From Raja brachyura (taxonomy: Eukaryota): a stretch of 64,000 nucleotides of DNA. The notes beneath the pieces are model-generated. The model had not been told where the DNA came from and made no database searches. It worked only from the letters and a program-made list of their open reading frames with translations. The position numbers and the translations under genes were made by a program. The DNA lies in the NCBI GenBank assembly GCA_963514005.1, contig OY740792.1, positions 61,690,001 through 61,754,000 of the forward strand. The letters are read 5' to 3'. Below, in pieces: positions 25,120 to 36,827 of the stretch. Position 1 is the first letter of the stretch. Each line of letters begins with the position of its first letter.

Positions 25120-28100
25120 CATTTTTTTTGTTAATTATTTTTATTAGAAGTAAGTACATATCAAAGGAAGAATATACATGTCACATACATTCTTAATATT
25201 ATTAATATTAACAATTATTTCTAATTTGTGCTTCTATGCATTTTTCATTTTTAATATAGGTAGGAAATAAAAGAGAAAAATAAAGTAAAAATAGAAATTC
25301 AAAAAGATGAATGAAGTATTAAGCGGTTTATACATCATTGGAGATATATCATGGGTTATTATGTGTAAATCTTCGTCTATTCCTTCGTTCAGGCATCAGT
25401 CAGGTTCTTGTACCGAATCATTTTGACCCTTTAAATATTCAATAAATGGAGACCATATCCCTCTGAATTGATCCAACTTGCCCAGTAGGACAAGTCTTAA
25501 TCCTTCCAGGTGAAGTGTCTCCGACATTCCAGTGATCCACATTTTGATTGTGGGGGATGTAGGAGCCTTCCAAAATTTCAATATTAGTTGTTTCCCAATT
25601 ATTAAACTGTAATCGATAAAAATTATTTGATTCATTGTTATTAATTGATCTGTTTCTAATATTCCTAATATTATTAATTTTGAGTCAGGAACCAAATTTG
25701 TATTAACAACATTCAAAATTATCTTAAAAATTTCTGTCCAAAATTTAGTAATTTTTATACAGTTTGTGAATGAGTGCGTTAAATTAGCTTCTGAGTGTTG
25801 ACATTTATCGCATATGGCAGATATATTTGAAAAAATTCTATATAATTTTGATTTTGAATAATGTAATCTATGTAATACTTTAAATTGTATCAAAGAGTGT
25901 CTAGCATTTAACGAACAGTGGTGTATATGTTGTAAACTTTCATTCCATACTTCTGGTCTAATTATTTGACCTAATTCGTTTTCCCATGATTGCCTACATG
26001 TTTCTGTCATCGCTACATCGTTTTACAATAAAATATTATAAATATATGATATCAATTTTTCTGTATTTGGATGTTTATTTAGACATTCATCTAAAATTTC
26101 CGCCTTTCTATTTCTAAATTCCTGTGTGTTTGATTTTTACATAGACTCTAATTTGTAAATATCTAAAGTAATCTTTTGGATATAATAAATAAATTTGTTG
26201 TAGTTCTTGAAATGAAAGAAAGGTGTTTTCCCTGTAGAGATCGCCCATCTTATTAATTCCATAATTTTTCCATTGTGAAAAACCTTTGTCCATCATTGAA
26301 GGTTTAAATGTAACGTTGTTTACAATGGGGAGAGCTAGTGGTATACATTCCAATTTTAATGTTTTCTTTAGTTGTTTCCAGATACGTATCCCACTTTCTA
26401 TTATAGGGTTTTCTTTATAGGTTTTCTTACCTAGTTTAGCATTGGCAAATAAAATCGAGCTAATGTCAAAAGGTGAACAATCTTCTTTTTCCATTTTTAA
26501 CCAATTTGGTTGTTTATCTAATTCATCCAGCCAAAAATTCATATTTTTAATACTAACTGCCCAGTAATAAAACATAAAATTTGGCAATGCTAGACCTCCA
26601 TTTATTTTTGATTTACATAAATGTTTTTTTATTTATTCTATGGCTCTTATAATCCCAGATAAAATTGGTGACTATAGAGTCAACTTTTTTAAAAAAGTTT
26701 TTAGGAAGGTATATTGGTATCAATTGGAAAAGACATAGTATTTGCGGAAGAAAAATCATTTTTATTGCATTAATTCTACCTAACATTGAAATAGGTAATG
26801 TTTTCCAATATAAAATATTCTTATGTAATTTATTCAGTAAGGGTGGGAAATTAGATTTAAATAAAGAATCATATCTTTTTGTTACGTGAATTCCAAGATA
26901 TTTGATTTTTTCTTTTGCTATCTTAAAAGGATATTGTTGTAATATATGTAGGTTATTTACCATTATTGGCATAAGTTCACGTTTGTTCCAATTAATGCTA
27001 TATCCTGAAAATGAGGCAAATTCAGTTATTAAATTTAATAAATTTGAAATACTAATTTCCGGTTTTGTAATATAAAGTAATACATCATCAGCATATAAGG
27101 AGATTTTATTTTCAGTTTCTCTAGTTTCTTACCCATATATTTCAGGATGCAGTCTCACGCTTTGAGCTAATGGTTCAATTGCGAGTGCGAACAATAGTGG
27201 GGATAAGGGACAACCTTGTCTACAGCCTCGGAATAAATTAAATTTAGTTGATAACATTTGATTTGTTAGTATTCTAGCTGTTGGATTAGCGTATAATAAT
27301 TTAACCCATGATATAAACTTCTCTCCCAACTTAAAAGTTTCCATGACCGAAAACAGATAAGACCATTCCACCTGGTCAAAGGCTTTCTCCGCATCTAACG
27401 AAATAATTACTAGATCTTTATTAATACCGCTTTTCGAATATATAATATTGAATAATCGTCTCAAGTTATATGAGGAATATCGTTTTGGTATAAATCCTGT
27501 TTGATCCGGGTGAATTAATTTGTTGATCACTGTGCTTAGTCTTTGTGCTAGTATTTTAGTTAATATTTTTTGATCGGTGTTTAAAAGAGCTATAGCTCTA
27601 TACGATCCTGGATCATCCAGATCCATATCTATTTTAGGTATAAGTGTTATAATAGATTCGTTTAACGTTTCTGGTAATTTCTGTTGGGTATAAATGTATT
27701 CATAAAGTGTCTTCAAACGTGGTGCAATCAGATCATAGAATGTTTTATAAAATTCCGAACCAATACCATCTGGTCCCGGAGTTTTACCATTTTTTAATGA
27801 TTTAATAGATTCTTCCATTTCTTTTACTGTTATTTCAGCATTTAATGATTCTCTATTTTCTAAATCCAACCCTTTTAAATTACATTTTTTTTAAATGATT
27901 CTATTCCTATCCGGTTTTCTGTCATTTTAACTAAATATAAGTTTTTATAATATTGCAAAAATCTCTCATTAATATCTCTAGGATGTACTAGTGGTTCGCC
28001 ATTGCGTGATTTAATCCTATGGATTATTTCTTCTCTCTCCAATTTCCGTAATTGACGGGCCAATAATTTTTGGGGTTTATCTCCAAATTCAAATTGTAAT

Positions 28101-28288
28101 TGTTTGGTATATTGATAAAGTTTTACAACTTGATCTGAATATATTTTATTTAATTTGTATTTCAATGCAGCAATTTTATTATGTTTTATCATGGTTGGAT
28201 TAGCAGCGTTCTCTGTGTCTAATTGTTTAATCTCCTTTTCCAATGCCTGTTGTTCCCTCCGATTCTCTTTATTATAAAATGCTTGAGA
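25120..28288 (-). mobile_element. L1 ORF2 + 3' UTR (host element, left part), frameshifted
   Basis: ORF pieces 27875-28243, 27129-27869 (SLDAEKAFD, QGCPLSPLLF), 26613-26972, 26114-26587, 25396-26010; A-rich tail near 25120. Confidence 0.92.
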
Positions 28289-31200
28289 TTACTTCCATTT
28301 ACATATGATTCAAAATATCATAATATTATTATTTCAGATCACGCTCCATTAACTTTTAAGATAAAATTAAAAGATATAATTAAAAGATATAATTATAAAA
28401 TCTAATAATTGGAGGTTTAATCCCGAAATATTAAAGGATAAGGCTTGTTATGATTATCTGGTAAAACAGATTAAATTATTCTTTGAAACTAATGACAAAC
28501 CTGAAGTTTCACCATCATTACTTTGGGATACATTTAAAGCATTTATGCGTGGAGCTATAATATCGGCACAAGCATACTTTAATAAAGAAAATAGAAAGAC
28601 GGAACAAAACTTGGAAAAAGAGATAAAACAACTAGATATGGAGAATACAAAACAGCCCTCTAAATTGTTAAGTAATAAAATTGCAATATTAAAATATAAA
28701 CTAAATAAAATATATTCCAATCAAGTAATTAAACTTTATCAACAAACTAAACAAGTGCACTTTGAATTTGGAGATAAACCGCAAAAATTGTTGGCTCGAC
28801 AACTTAGAAAGCGAGAGGACGAAAAAATGATACATAGAATTAGATCTGAGAATGGCAATATATCGACCTTACCAAAAGATATCAATGATATATTTTTACA
28901 ATATTATCAAAGTCTTTATTCATCAAAAATAACAGGACAAATGGATGAAATGGATACATTTCTACAAAAATGTAATATTAACAGCTTAGATCAGGGAGGT
29001 AGAGACTTGTTAAATGCGGATATATCAATAAAAGATATTGAGGAGTCAATCGGATCATTAAATAATGGAAAAGCAGCGGGCCCGGATGGCCTGAGTACAG
29101 AATTTTATAAGAAATTTCAAGATCTGATCTCCCCAAGATTACATGCAGTGTATAAATATACATATGAACAAGGAAAATTGCCGGAATCCCTAAATGAATC
29201 TACAATTACACTAATTCCTAAGGTTGACAAGGACTTGGAAGACCCAGGATCATATAGAGCAATTGCTCTTTTAAATACAGATCAAAAAATTTTAGCTAAA
29301 GTTTTATCACGAAGATTAAGTTTGGTGATTACTAAAATAATACACCATGATCAAACAGGTTTTATCCCAAAGCGTTACTCATCTTATAATTTGAGACGAT
29401 TATTTAATATCATATATTCAAAAAGAGTTGGGGATAGGGATTTAGCTGTTATGTCCTTAGATGCAGAAAAAGCATTCGATCAGGTTGAATGGCCATATTT
29501 ATTTAGAATAATGGAGAAATTCCAATTGGGGGATAGATTTTGTAAATGGATAAGAATTCTATATTCGAATCCCACTGCAAGAATATTAACTAACCAAATA
29601 TTGTCAGCTAAATTTAAGCTTCATAGGGGTTGTAGACAAGGATGTCCGCTGTCGCCTTTGTTATTCGCTATGGTGATAGAGCCTTTAGCTGAAAGGATTA
29701 GATCTGAACCAGAAATATATGGATATAATACTGATACTACAACTAATAAAATATCTTTATATGCAGATGATGTATTAATTTATATTACAAAACCAGAGAT
29801 CAGTATACCCAAGCTATTTAATGTTATGACTAAATTTGGCAGATTTTCTGGATATAGAATTAACTGGAATAAAAGTGAGATTATGCCTATAACCGGAATA
29901 AGATCAAATATATTGCAACAATATCCACTAAAAATAGTTACGGATAAATTTAAATATTTAGGTATTAATGTATCTAAATCCTATAACTCATTAATTAAAT
30001 CTAATTATCCCCTATTATTAGATAAACTTAGAAAAAATATTTTATACTGGAAAACACTTCCTATATCTATGATTGGTAGAATAAATGCTATAAAAATGAT
30101 CTTTTTACCACAACTGCTATATTTGTTTCAAGCTATTCCCTTCTATCTCCCAAAGAGGTTTTTTTTAAAAATAGATAACATTGTCAATAGTTTTATTTGG
30201 GATTATAAAAATCATAGAATAAGTAAAAAACATTTATGTAAATCAAAAATAAATGGAGGATTAGCACTTCCAAATTTTTTGTACTATTTTTGGGCAGTCC
30301 AGATTAAGAATATGAATTATTGGTGGGTAAATTTGGATTACGAACCAACGTGGTTAAAGATGGAAAAGGAAGATTGTTTACCTTTTAATGTAAGTTCAAT
30401 TCTTTTTGCGCCAAGAGAAATACAAAATAAAATTTATAGGAACAACCCTATAATTCATAGCAATAGACGTATTTGGAAACAAATAGTCAAGACTTTATGT
30501 TTGGATAATTTGTCACTTAAACTACCAATTATGAATAACCCTTTATTTAAACCCTCTATATTAGATAGGGGGTTTAGACAATGGGAGGATTTAGGTATTT
30601 ATAGGATTGAACATCTGTATAGAAAGGGAAAATCTCTTTTATTTCATGAGTTACAAGAAATTTATGGGTTACCACCACATAATTTGTTTAGGTATCTACA
30701 AATAATAGATTATATTAAGTCTAACACACAAGATTATAAAATTAAAGAACCAGGATTATTAGATGAAGTATTTAATAAACATCCAAATTCAGAAAAATTT
30801 ATAGCTTATATTTATAATCTTATTTTGGATAGGGAGAATCCAACAACAGAAATATACCGTCAAGCATGGGAAAATGAAATTGGTTTATCTATAACAAAAG
30901 AATCTTGGGAAGAAAGTTTACAACGCATACATCGCTGTTCATTAAACGCGAGGCATACATTGATACAATTTAAAGTTTTATATAGGTTACATTATTCAAA
31001 AACCAAATTAAATAGAATTTTTCCTAATGTCTCTCCTATTTGTGATAAATGTCAGAATTTAGAGGCTAATTTAATACATAGTTTTGTAACGTGTTCAAAA
31101 CTTAGTTATTATTGGACAGAAATCTTTAGAGTTATATCTGAAGTTCTTAGAGTTAAACTGGATCCAGAACCAAAGTTAATAATATTAGGAATTCCGGATT

Positions 31201-31896
31201 CACAATGCGTATTAACAGTAAATCAAAGAATTTTCTTAGATTACTGTTTGATAATAGGGAAAAAAATAATATTGAAATTTTGGAAGGGAACATTAACCCC
31301 CATAATTAAAATGTGGACAGCAGAGATGTTGGAGACTTTGTATTTGGAAAGAATCAGATTTGTCCTAATGGACAAATGTGAAATCTTTGAACAAATATGG
31401 TCTCCATATATACAATATTTGAAGGGCTAGCTGTTCTTGGCATTACTACTCAATGGGTACTAGACAGGATTTGACGAAAAAAATATGGATTTTCTAATTG
31501 GGTTTTGTGTACACGTCTCCGCAATACGACGTTATAATTACAATACATTTTGTTGTTTCTATCTTAAATATTCATATTATACCATATATTGTTCATAAAG
31601 GGGAATTATATATATATACTGAATAGATATATACTAAGTAGTGTTTGTTTTCTTTTTCTTTTTTTTTTTCTTTGACTTTTTATCTTTGTTTATTATTCAA
31701 ACACAATCATTTTCTTTCTTTTTTTTTCGATTTAAAGTCTATTCCTTTTTTCTTATTCTTTCTTTATTTCTAAAAAACAGAAGATAATAATAGCGAATAT
31801 GATAGTTGTACATTTACTGAATTACGTTGGTATTTGTAAATTTGTTTTACTACTTGGAAATTACTACATCTAATAAAAATATTATTAAAAAAAAAA
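28289..31896 (+). mobile_element. 5'-truncated young L1 inserted antisense into another L1
   Basis: Starts at the end of the endonuclease; long open ORF2, T-rich 3' UTR, AATAAA at 31872, A10 tail at 31887-31896. Confidence 0.93.
28545..31430 (+). CDS. L1 ORF2 reverse transcriptase (961 aa open, endonuclease missing)
   Basis: GPDG, DQTGF, SLDAEKAFD, QGCPLSPLLF, YADD, KYLGI, C-terminal CDKC...H...C knuckle. Confidence 0.9.
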   Translation: MRGAIISAQAYFNKENRKTEQNLEKEIKQLDMENTKQPSKLLSNKIAILKYKLNKIYSNQVIKLYQQTKQVHFEFGDKPQKLLARQLRKREDEKMIHRIRSENGNISTLPKDINDIFLQYYQSLYSSKITGQMDEMDTFLQKCNINSLDQGGRDLLNADISIKDIEESIGSLNNGKAAGPDGLSTEFYKKFQDLISPRLHAVYKYTYEQGKLPESLNESTITLIPKVDKDLEDPGSYRAIALLNTDQKILAKVLSRRLSLVITKIIHHDQTGFIPKRYSSYNLRRLFNIIYSKRVGDRDLAVMSLDAEKAFDQVEWPYLFRIMEKFQLGDRFCKWIRILYSNPTARILTNQILSAKFKLHRGCRQGCPLSPLLFAMVIEPLAERIRSEPEIYGYNTDTTTNKISLYADDVLIYITKPEISIPKLFNVMTKFGRFSGYRINWNKSEIMPITGIRSNILQQYPLKIVTDKFKYLGINVSKSYNSLIKSNYPLLLDKLRKNILYWKTLPISMIGRINAIKMIFLPQLLYLFQAIPFYLPKRFFLKIDNIVNSFIWDYKNHRISKKHLCKSKINGGLALPNFLYYFWAVQIKNMNYWWVNLDYEPTWLKMEKEDCLPFNVSSILFAPREIQNKIYRNNPIIHSNRRIWKQIVKTLCLDNLSLKLPIMNNPLFKPSILDRGFRQWEDLGIYRIEHLYRKGKSLLFHELQEIYGLPPHNLFRYLQIIDYIKSNTQDYKIKEPGLLDEVFNKHPNSEKFIAYIYNLILDRENPTTEIYRQAWENEIGLSITKESWEESLQRIHRCSLNARHTLIQFKVLYRLHYSKTKLNRIFPNVSPICDKCQNLEANLIHSFVTCSKLSYYWTEIFRVISEVLRVKLDPEPKLIILGIPDSQCVLTVNQRIFLDYCLIIGKKIILKFWKGTLTPIIKMWTAEMLETLYLERIRFVLMDKCEIFEQIWSPYIQYLKG

Positions 31897-32280
31897 GGAA
31901 ATCATAATTCCACGGGTATATGCTTTAAAAGTTTCCCATAATAGAGAAGAAGATATTTCCGGCTTATCATTTATTTCAAAGAAAATCTTAATCTGTCATG
32001 TAATGTATTTCTGAGTTGCTTTGTCCTTTAAAATTTGTGGGTTAAGTCTCCACTGTCTCTGTTTTTCCATTTTACCATTTATTTTGATCATAAATGTTAA
32101 AGGTGCATGATCTGAGATTGTAATATTATGGTATTTTGAATTGTAAGTGAGTGAGATAAGTTTAGAGTCTACCAAAAAATAATCTATTCTTGAATACGTT
32201 TTATGTACAGGTGATTAAAATGAGTATTCTCGTCCAGTTGGGTTTCCTATTCTCCAAACGTCTTTAATATTACTAGTATT
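31897..32280 (-). mobile_element. L1 host element, right part (endonuclease C-terminal half)
   Basis: YSRIDYFL..SDHAPL..WETFKAYTRGIMIS, which continues as SQAFYNKEN at 28288. Confidence 0.88.
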
Positions 32281-32289
32281 AATTTATAA

Positions 32290-32868
32290 CTCCATTCAAA
32301 CTTAAAATAATAATGACAGACACATTTGTATCAGTTTCGGTCATGACTGCCCATGGGTGATGCATCCTAGTTGTTGGCTGCTTGCTCCAAACCTCGGCTG
32401 GAGAAGGGTCGCTTGCGGCTGAAGAGACCAATGCGGGAGTGACAGTCTCTGTGGCAAAGCTCACATTTGTGTGAGTGTGTGGCCTGTGGTTTGATGAAGT
32501 TGCCGCGCTCCTTTCTGCCTGCCCGCTTGTCTGCCGCTGCGTTCAACAGTTTCTCTTCCCCTCCCGTTTTGAGATGTCGGTTCAGGGCACCTCTCCACCT
32601 CGTGCGGTCAGCTGCAAGGCTCTCCCGGGACTCCACATCGATGTTGAGCGCCTTCATATCTCTCTTGCGGACATCCTTGTAACATAGCTGGGGGCGGCCG
32701 ATGGTTCTCCTCAGAAATGCCAGCTCCCCATAGAGAATACGGCCATCCTCCATGCAGTGGACATGGCCCAGCCACCACACTCTGCGCTGCCTGAGTACAC
32801 TGTACATACTGGGAAGGTCAGCGCAAGACAGAATCTCAGCGTTGGACACTTTGTCTTGCCAGGATACG
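32290..32868 (-). mobile_element. RTE-clade LINE 3' fragment
   Basis: NAEIL...LRQRRVWWLGHV..MEDGR..LYGEL...GRPQL.YKD..KRDMK...ADRTRWR...CELCHRDCHSRIGL. Confidence 0.8.
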
Positions 32869-33229
32869 TCAGTAACTCAGTGAAATAAAGAAAGGTATAA
32901 CAAATATATATTTTGGTAAATTAAAAAAAAAATCAGATTATACATAAATTTATTGAGAATAATAATAGTGTACAGTTTACAACTTTGCATATCTTGTCAC
33001 ATGGACTATATAAATGCAATGATCAGCCAATAATAATAAGTGTACAGTTTACAACTTAACAAATCTGGCTATAAGTACTATATACGTATGATGATCAGCC
33101 AATATATAAATGTAAGTACAATCTACATTTCTGAAATTTCTACTTATTTATTAATGAACAAACGCAACAATTAAGTGAATTACACTCCAGTTTACATTAC
33201 AAAATAATAGTATATATTCTCAATTTATT

Positions 33230-33757
33230 TCTGTCACCTCCTCTTTCTTCCTGCATGCCGTTTCTTCAGCCCACTTTCAGCCACTAAAAGCCATGTTCTT
33301 CAGGGTTGAATTTTGACAGCGGAGGTCCCACCAACTTCATAAATAGAAGAGATGAGAGAGGATCAGTTTGAAGGCTTGCACGTTGTGGTGACACGCAGAG
33401 ATTCATGCCACTGAACCTTCTCGCCCATCCCGCTGTTGATACCGGAATTATATTTACAGCCTTTAGATTCCTTGAATTCTCTGAAGGCTCTGACACAAAG
33501 CCGACCATTTAAGCCAAATTGTTCTCCCATTTCTTCTACATCGTTATCCCCAAAGGTAAAAAGTGAATCTTCTGGAATATTTCGACTGGTTAATTCACTT
33601 TTTACATTTATCATTGGAAGCTGTGGTAGCTTCAAGCTGCCTGAATGCTCTATAGAGATGCGTACAATTCCTATATTCCCAGACCCATCCTCAGCCTTGC
33701 TTGTGAAGTTACACTGTGATCTCCAGAAACATTCCCATGGAAAGACCATCTCCTCTG
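33230..33757 (-). pseudogene. hAT transposase C-terminal dimerization-domain remnant (KIAA1586/ZNF862-like)
   Basis: VNIIPVSTAGWARRFSGMNL...RASL...LSSLLFMKLVGPPLSKFNP, preceded in another frame by FGDNDV...RAFREFK. Confidence 0.68.
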
Positions 33758-33758
33758 T

Positions 33759-34593
33759 AATTCAATTCAATTCAATTCAATTCAACTTTAATGTCATTGC
33801 ACAGATACAAGTATAGCTACAACGAAATGCAGTTTAGCGTCAGTTCGTAGTGATGGCAATATAGAGAATAAATACAGAATGCAGACAATGTGGACGTAGA
33901 GACTGGAGAAATCTATCGGCGGGACTCCGAGTTCAGCAGTGTGATGGTGTTATTGTAGAAGCTGTTCCTCATCCTACTAGTGCGGGACCTGAGGCTCCTG
34001 TACCGCCTCCCTGATGGTAGGAGGGCAAACAGTCCATGGTTAGGGTGTGAGGGGTCCTTGATGATCTTCCCGGCCCGCTTCAGACACCGTTTTCGGTGGA
34101 GGGCATCCATGGCAGGGAGCGGGGCACCGATGATGTACTGGGCGGTTTTCACCACCCCTTGTAGTGCCTTCCTATCTGCCACGGTGCAACTGCTGTACCA
34201 TACCGTAAAGCAGGTGGTCAGGATGCTTTCGATGGTACAGCGGTAAAAGTTGGTCAGGATCTGGGGGGACAGGTGGGCTTTTTTGAGCCTCCTCAGAAAG
34301 TAAAGGCGCTGCTGTGCCTTTTTGATCAGCTTTGAGGTGCTGAGGGACCAGGACAGATCCTCCGAGATGTGTACCCCGAGGAATTTGTAGTTGGAGACCC
34401 GCTCCACCTCAGTCCCGTTTATATGGATGGGGGTGTGTCTGCCCCCTCTGTTCTTCCGAAAGTCAACAATGATTTCCTTCGGCTTCTGGGAGTTGAGGAC
34501 GAGGTTATTGTTGGCACACCAGGTAGTCAGGTGCTGGACCTCCTCCCTGTAGGCTGACTCGTCGTTGTCGCTGATCAGTCCTACCACCGTGGT
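33759..34593 (-). mobile_element. Rex1/Babar-type non-LTR 3' fragment with (TTGAA)n tail
   Basis: [47 protein letters not shown]; near-identical to 42705-44030. Confidence 0.88.
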
Positions 34594-35240
34594 AAGGGCA
34601 GGAGCCCTGGAATTAGTTAACACTGGTTGAGTTTAGAGTGTGATCCCACCTGACGCGCTCATTGGGAAATGGGCAAGACCTACTATCCAAATGTGTACAC
34701 ACTCTCGCGCACAGTGTGGTCACCATAGTCACTGAGCAGGGGCCAGCAGCCACCTGGTGGAAGCCTCACCACAGCCATTCTGGATGTGGCAACGTGAACT
34801 CTCTCCTGGACCTTCCATCAGGGCCCAGGAGACAGGAAGTCGCGGCCCTTGTCTGGGTCAGGACCAACGTGCTCACTACCTGGTAGATTGCTCCGTCCAT
34901 GCCCACGGTCTGGTCACCCCAACTGTAAACGTGATCTATTGCATTTAGTGTCAACACAACGGGCAACAAGTGGTTATACACAATGTTGAATCCATAATGT
35001 CCATGCATTAGAGCTCTGGGTGTGTATTATGCTGCAAACATCATCAACAAAATCATCTTGTCCTGGCTTCAGTTACCGCATGAAATGTTATCAAGATATT
35101 TCTGTACTCTGTACTTGTACCAACCATTACGTTCTTCCAGCCCAGTGAGCCGGCCTCATGTTGAGTGAACAGCTGGAACATAGATCATACAACATACAAC
35201 ATACAACATACATCATACAACATACAACATAGATCATACA

Positions 35241-35405
35241 NNNNNNNNNNNNNNNNNNNNNNNNNNNNNNNNNNNNNNNNNNNNNNNNNNNNNNNNNNNN
35301 NNNNNNNNNNNNNNNNNNNNNNNNNNNNNNNNNNNNNNNNNNNNNNNNNNNNNNNNNNNNNNNNNNNNNNNNNNNNNNNNNNNNNNNNNNNNNNNNNNNN
35401 NNNNN
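35241..35405. other. Assembly gap (165 N)
   Basis: Run of N. Confidence 1.
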
Positions 35406-36674
35406 TTTCAGGGAAAGTCAGATGTCCTTGCAGCGTTTTAATACAAATACAACATAACATTAAAGAAGAAAGTTAACATTAAGACATAAAAACATCCCCC
35501 CACAAAGGTTCCCTCTGTGGGGGAAGGCACAAAGTCCAGTCCCCATCCCCATCCCCATGTCCACCCATGGTCGGGCCTATTGAGGCTTCCACAGTCGCCT
35601 TTACGGCTGCCGGATGTTTCAGGCCCTTCTCGCCAGGTGATGGTGCTCCGGCGTCGGGAGAACCCTCTCAGCGGCTCGGGACACCTGGAACGGCCGCTTC
35701 CTTACCGGAGACCGCGACTCCCGAAGCCAACAGGCCGCGCTGGACAGAGCTCCAACTCTGGTGATCTTCGCGAGAGATCCCAGGCTCCCGATGTAAAAGT
35801 CAGCGCCGCCGCTCCACAGTCCCGCAGCTCCGCGATGTTCCATCGGCGGACTCAGCACTCCGGAGCTCCAGCGCGGCGACCCGGTCAAGGCATCGCCCGC
35901 TCCGTGATGCTGCTCCAGCGCTGTGCCGCCGCCGAAGCCGGTCCCCTCAGGAAACACCGCTCCCGACTCGATGTTAGGCCGCGAGGACTGGTCGATGATG
36001 CTGCCCGGAGAAAAGCTGCCTCTCCACCAGGTAGGGACTAAGAAAAGCAGTTTCCCCCTCCCCCCACCCCCCCACATAAAAAGACTAGACCTCCAACAAC
36101 ACACTTTTAACGTACTAAAATTTTTTAAAAGAAGTGAAAAGACAGACAGCTGCAGGACAGGCAGCCATACAGGACGGCGCCCCCTACAGTGCAAGTACAG
36201 GCCTTTAAAATCTCTCTAACGTATCTTTCTCAACCTCCAGCCCCCAGCAGTGAGTTCCAGGCACCCACCTGCCTCACAAATCCCCTTTAAACTTTGCCCC
36301 CTTCACTTTAAAGCTACGCCCATTAATATTTGATTTTTCCGTCCTGGGGCAAAAGGACAATTCTGCCCAACGGGTGGATTGGATAGTAATGGAGAGAGAG
36401 GATTGTTCCCCTATTAATACAGGAGCGATCCTTCTCTCACCAATAAAACTGAATAATACAATATCCAAGAAAAAAAACAATTATTCACAGTACTATTAGA
36501 ATTTGGAAACAAATAAAATTAACCCTCAAAGTAAGAAACCTATCGCTTCTCTCTCCTATATGTAATAATCCGTTGTTTAAACCATCCATTATTGACAAAT
36601 CATTTACCCATTGGGAAAGAATAGGAATTAAAACGCTTGGAGACACGTATGAAACTGGAAATTTTCTATCATTC

Positions 36675-36827
36675 TTCTTCTTCTGCTTCTTCTTCGCCTT
36701 TCGTGTGGCGTGCACAGCCTAAAGTTGTTGGACAACTTGTTCTATTTGTTCTTCTGTTTGTGCACGTCGAGTTGATTGCATTAGTCGAAACAGGGCGGAC
36801 CACGTGAAGGTTGCAATCTTCCACCCC
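36675..36827 (-). mobile_element. 153-bp SINE-like retroposon with ribozyme head and (GAA)n tail
   Basis: 11-bp TSD TTCTATCATTC (36664-36674, 36828-36838); 3' tail gaagaagaagcagaagaa; interrupts the L1 fragment. Confidence 0.85.
36774..36827 (-). ncRNA. Minimal HDV/CPEB3-like self-cleaving ribozyme (54 nt)
   Basis: P1 GGGGUGG/CCGCCCU, P2 GAUUGCA/UGCAAUC, P3 ACC/GGU, L3 UUCACGU, GU after P1, vestigial P4 (UUCG), J4/2 CUAA; the first G coincides with the element's 5' end. Confidence 0.82.

Noticed and set aside
35490-36190. GC-rich overlapping ORFs (174 and 191 aa), CpG-island-like
   Set aside because: No recognisable domain or splice structure; its end is duplicated at 37251 and it looks like an unclassified interspersed repeat.
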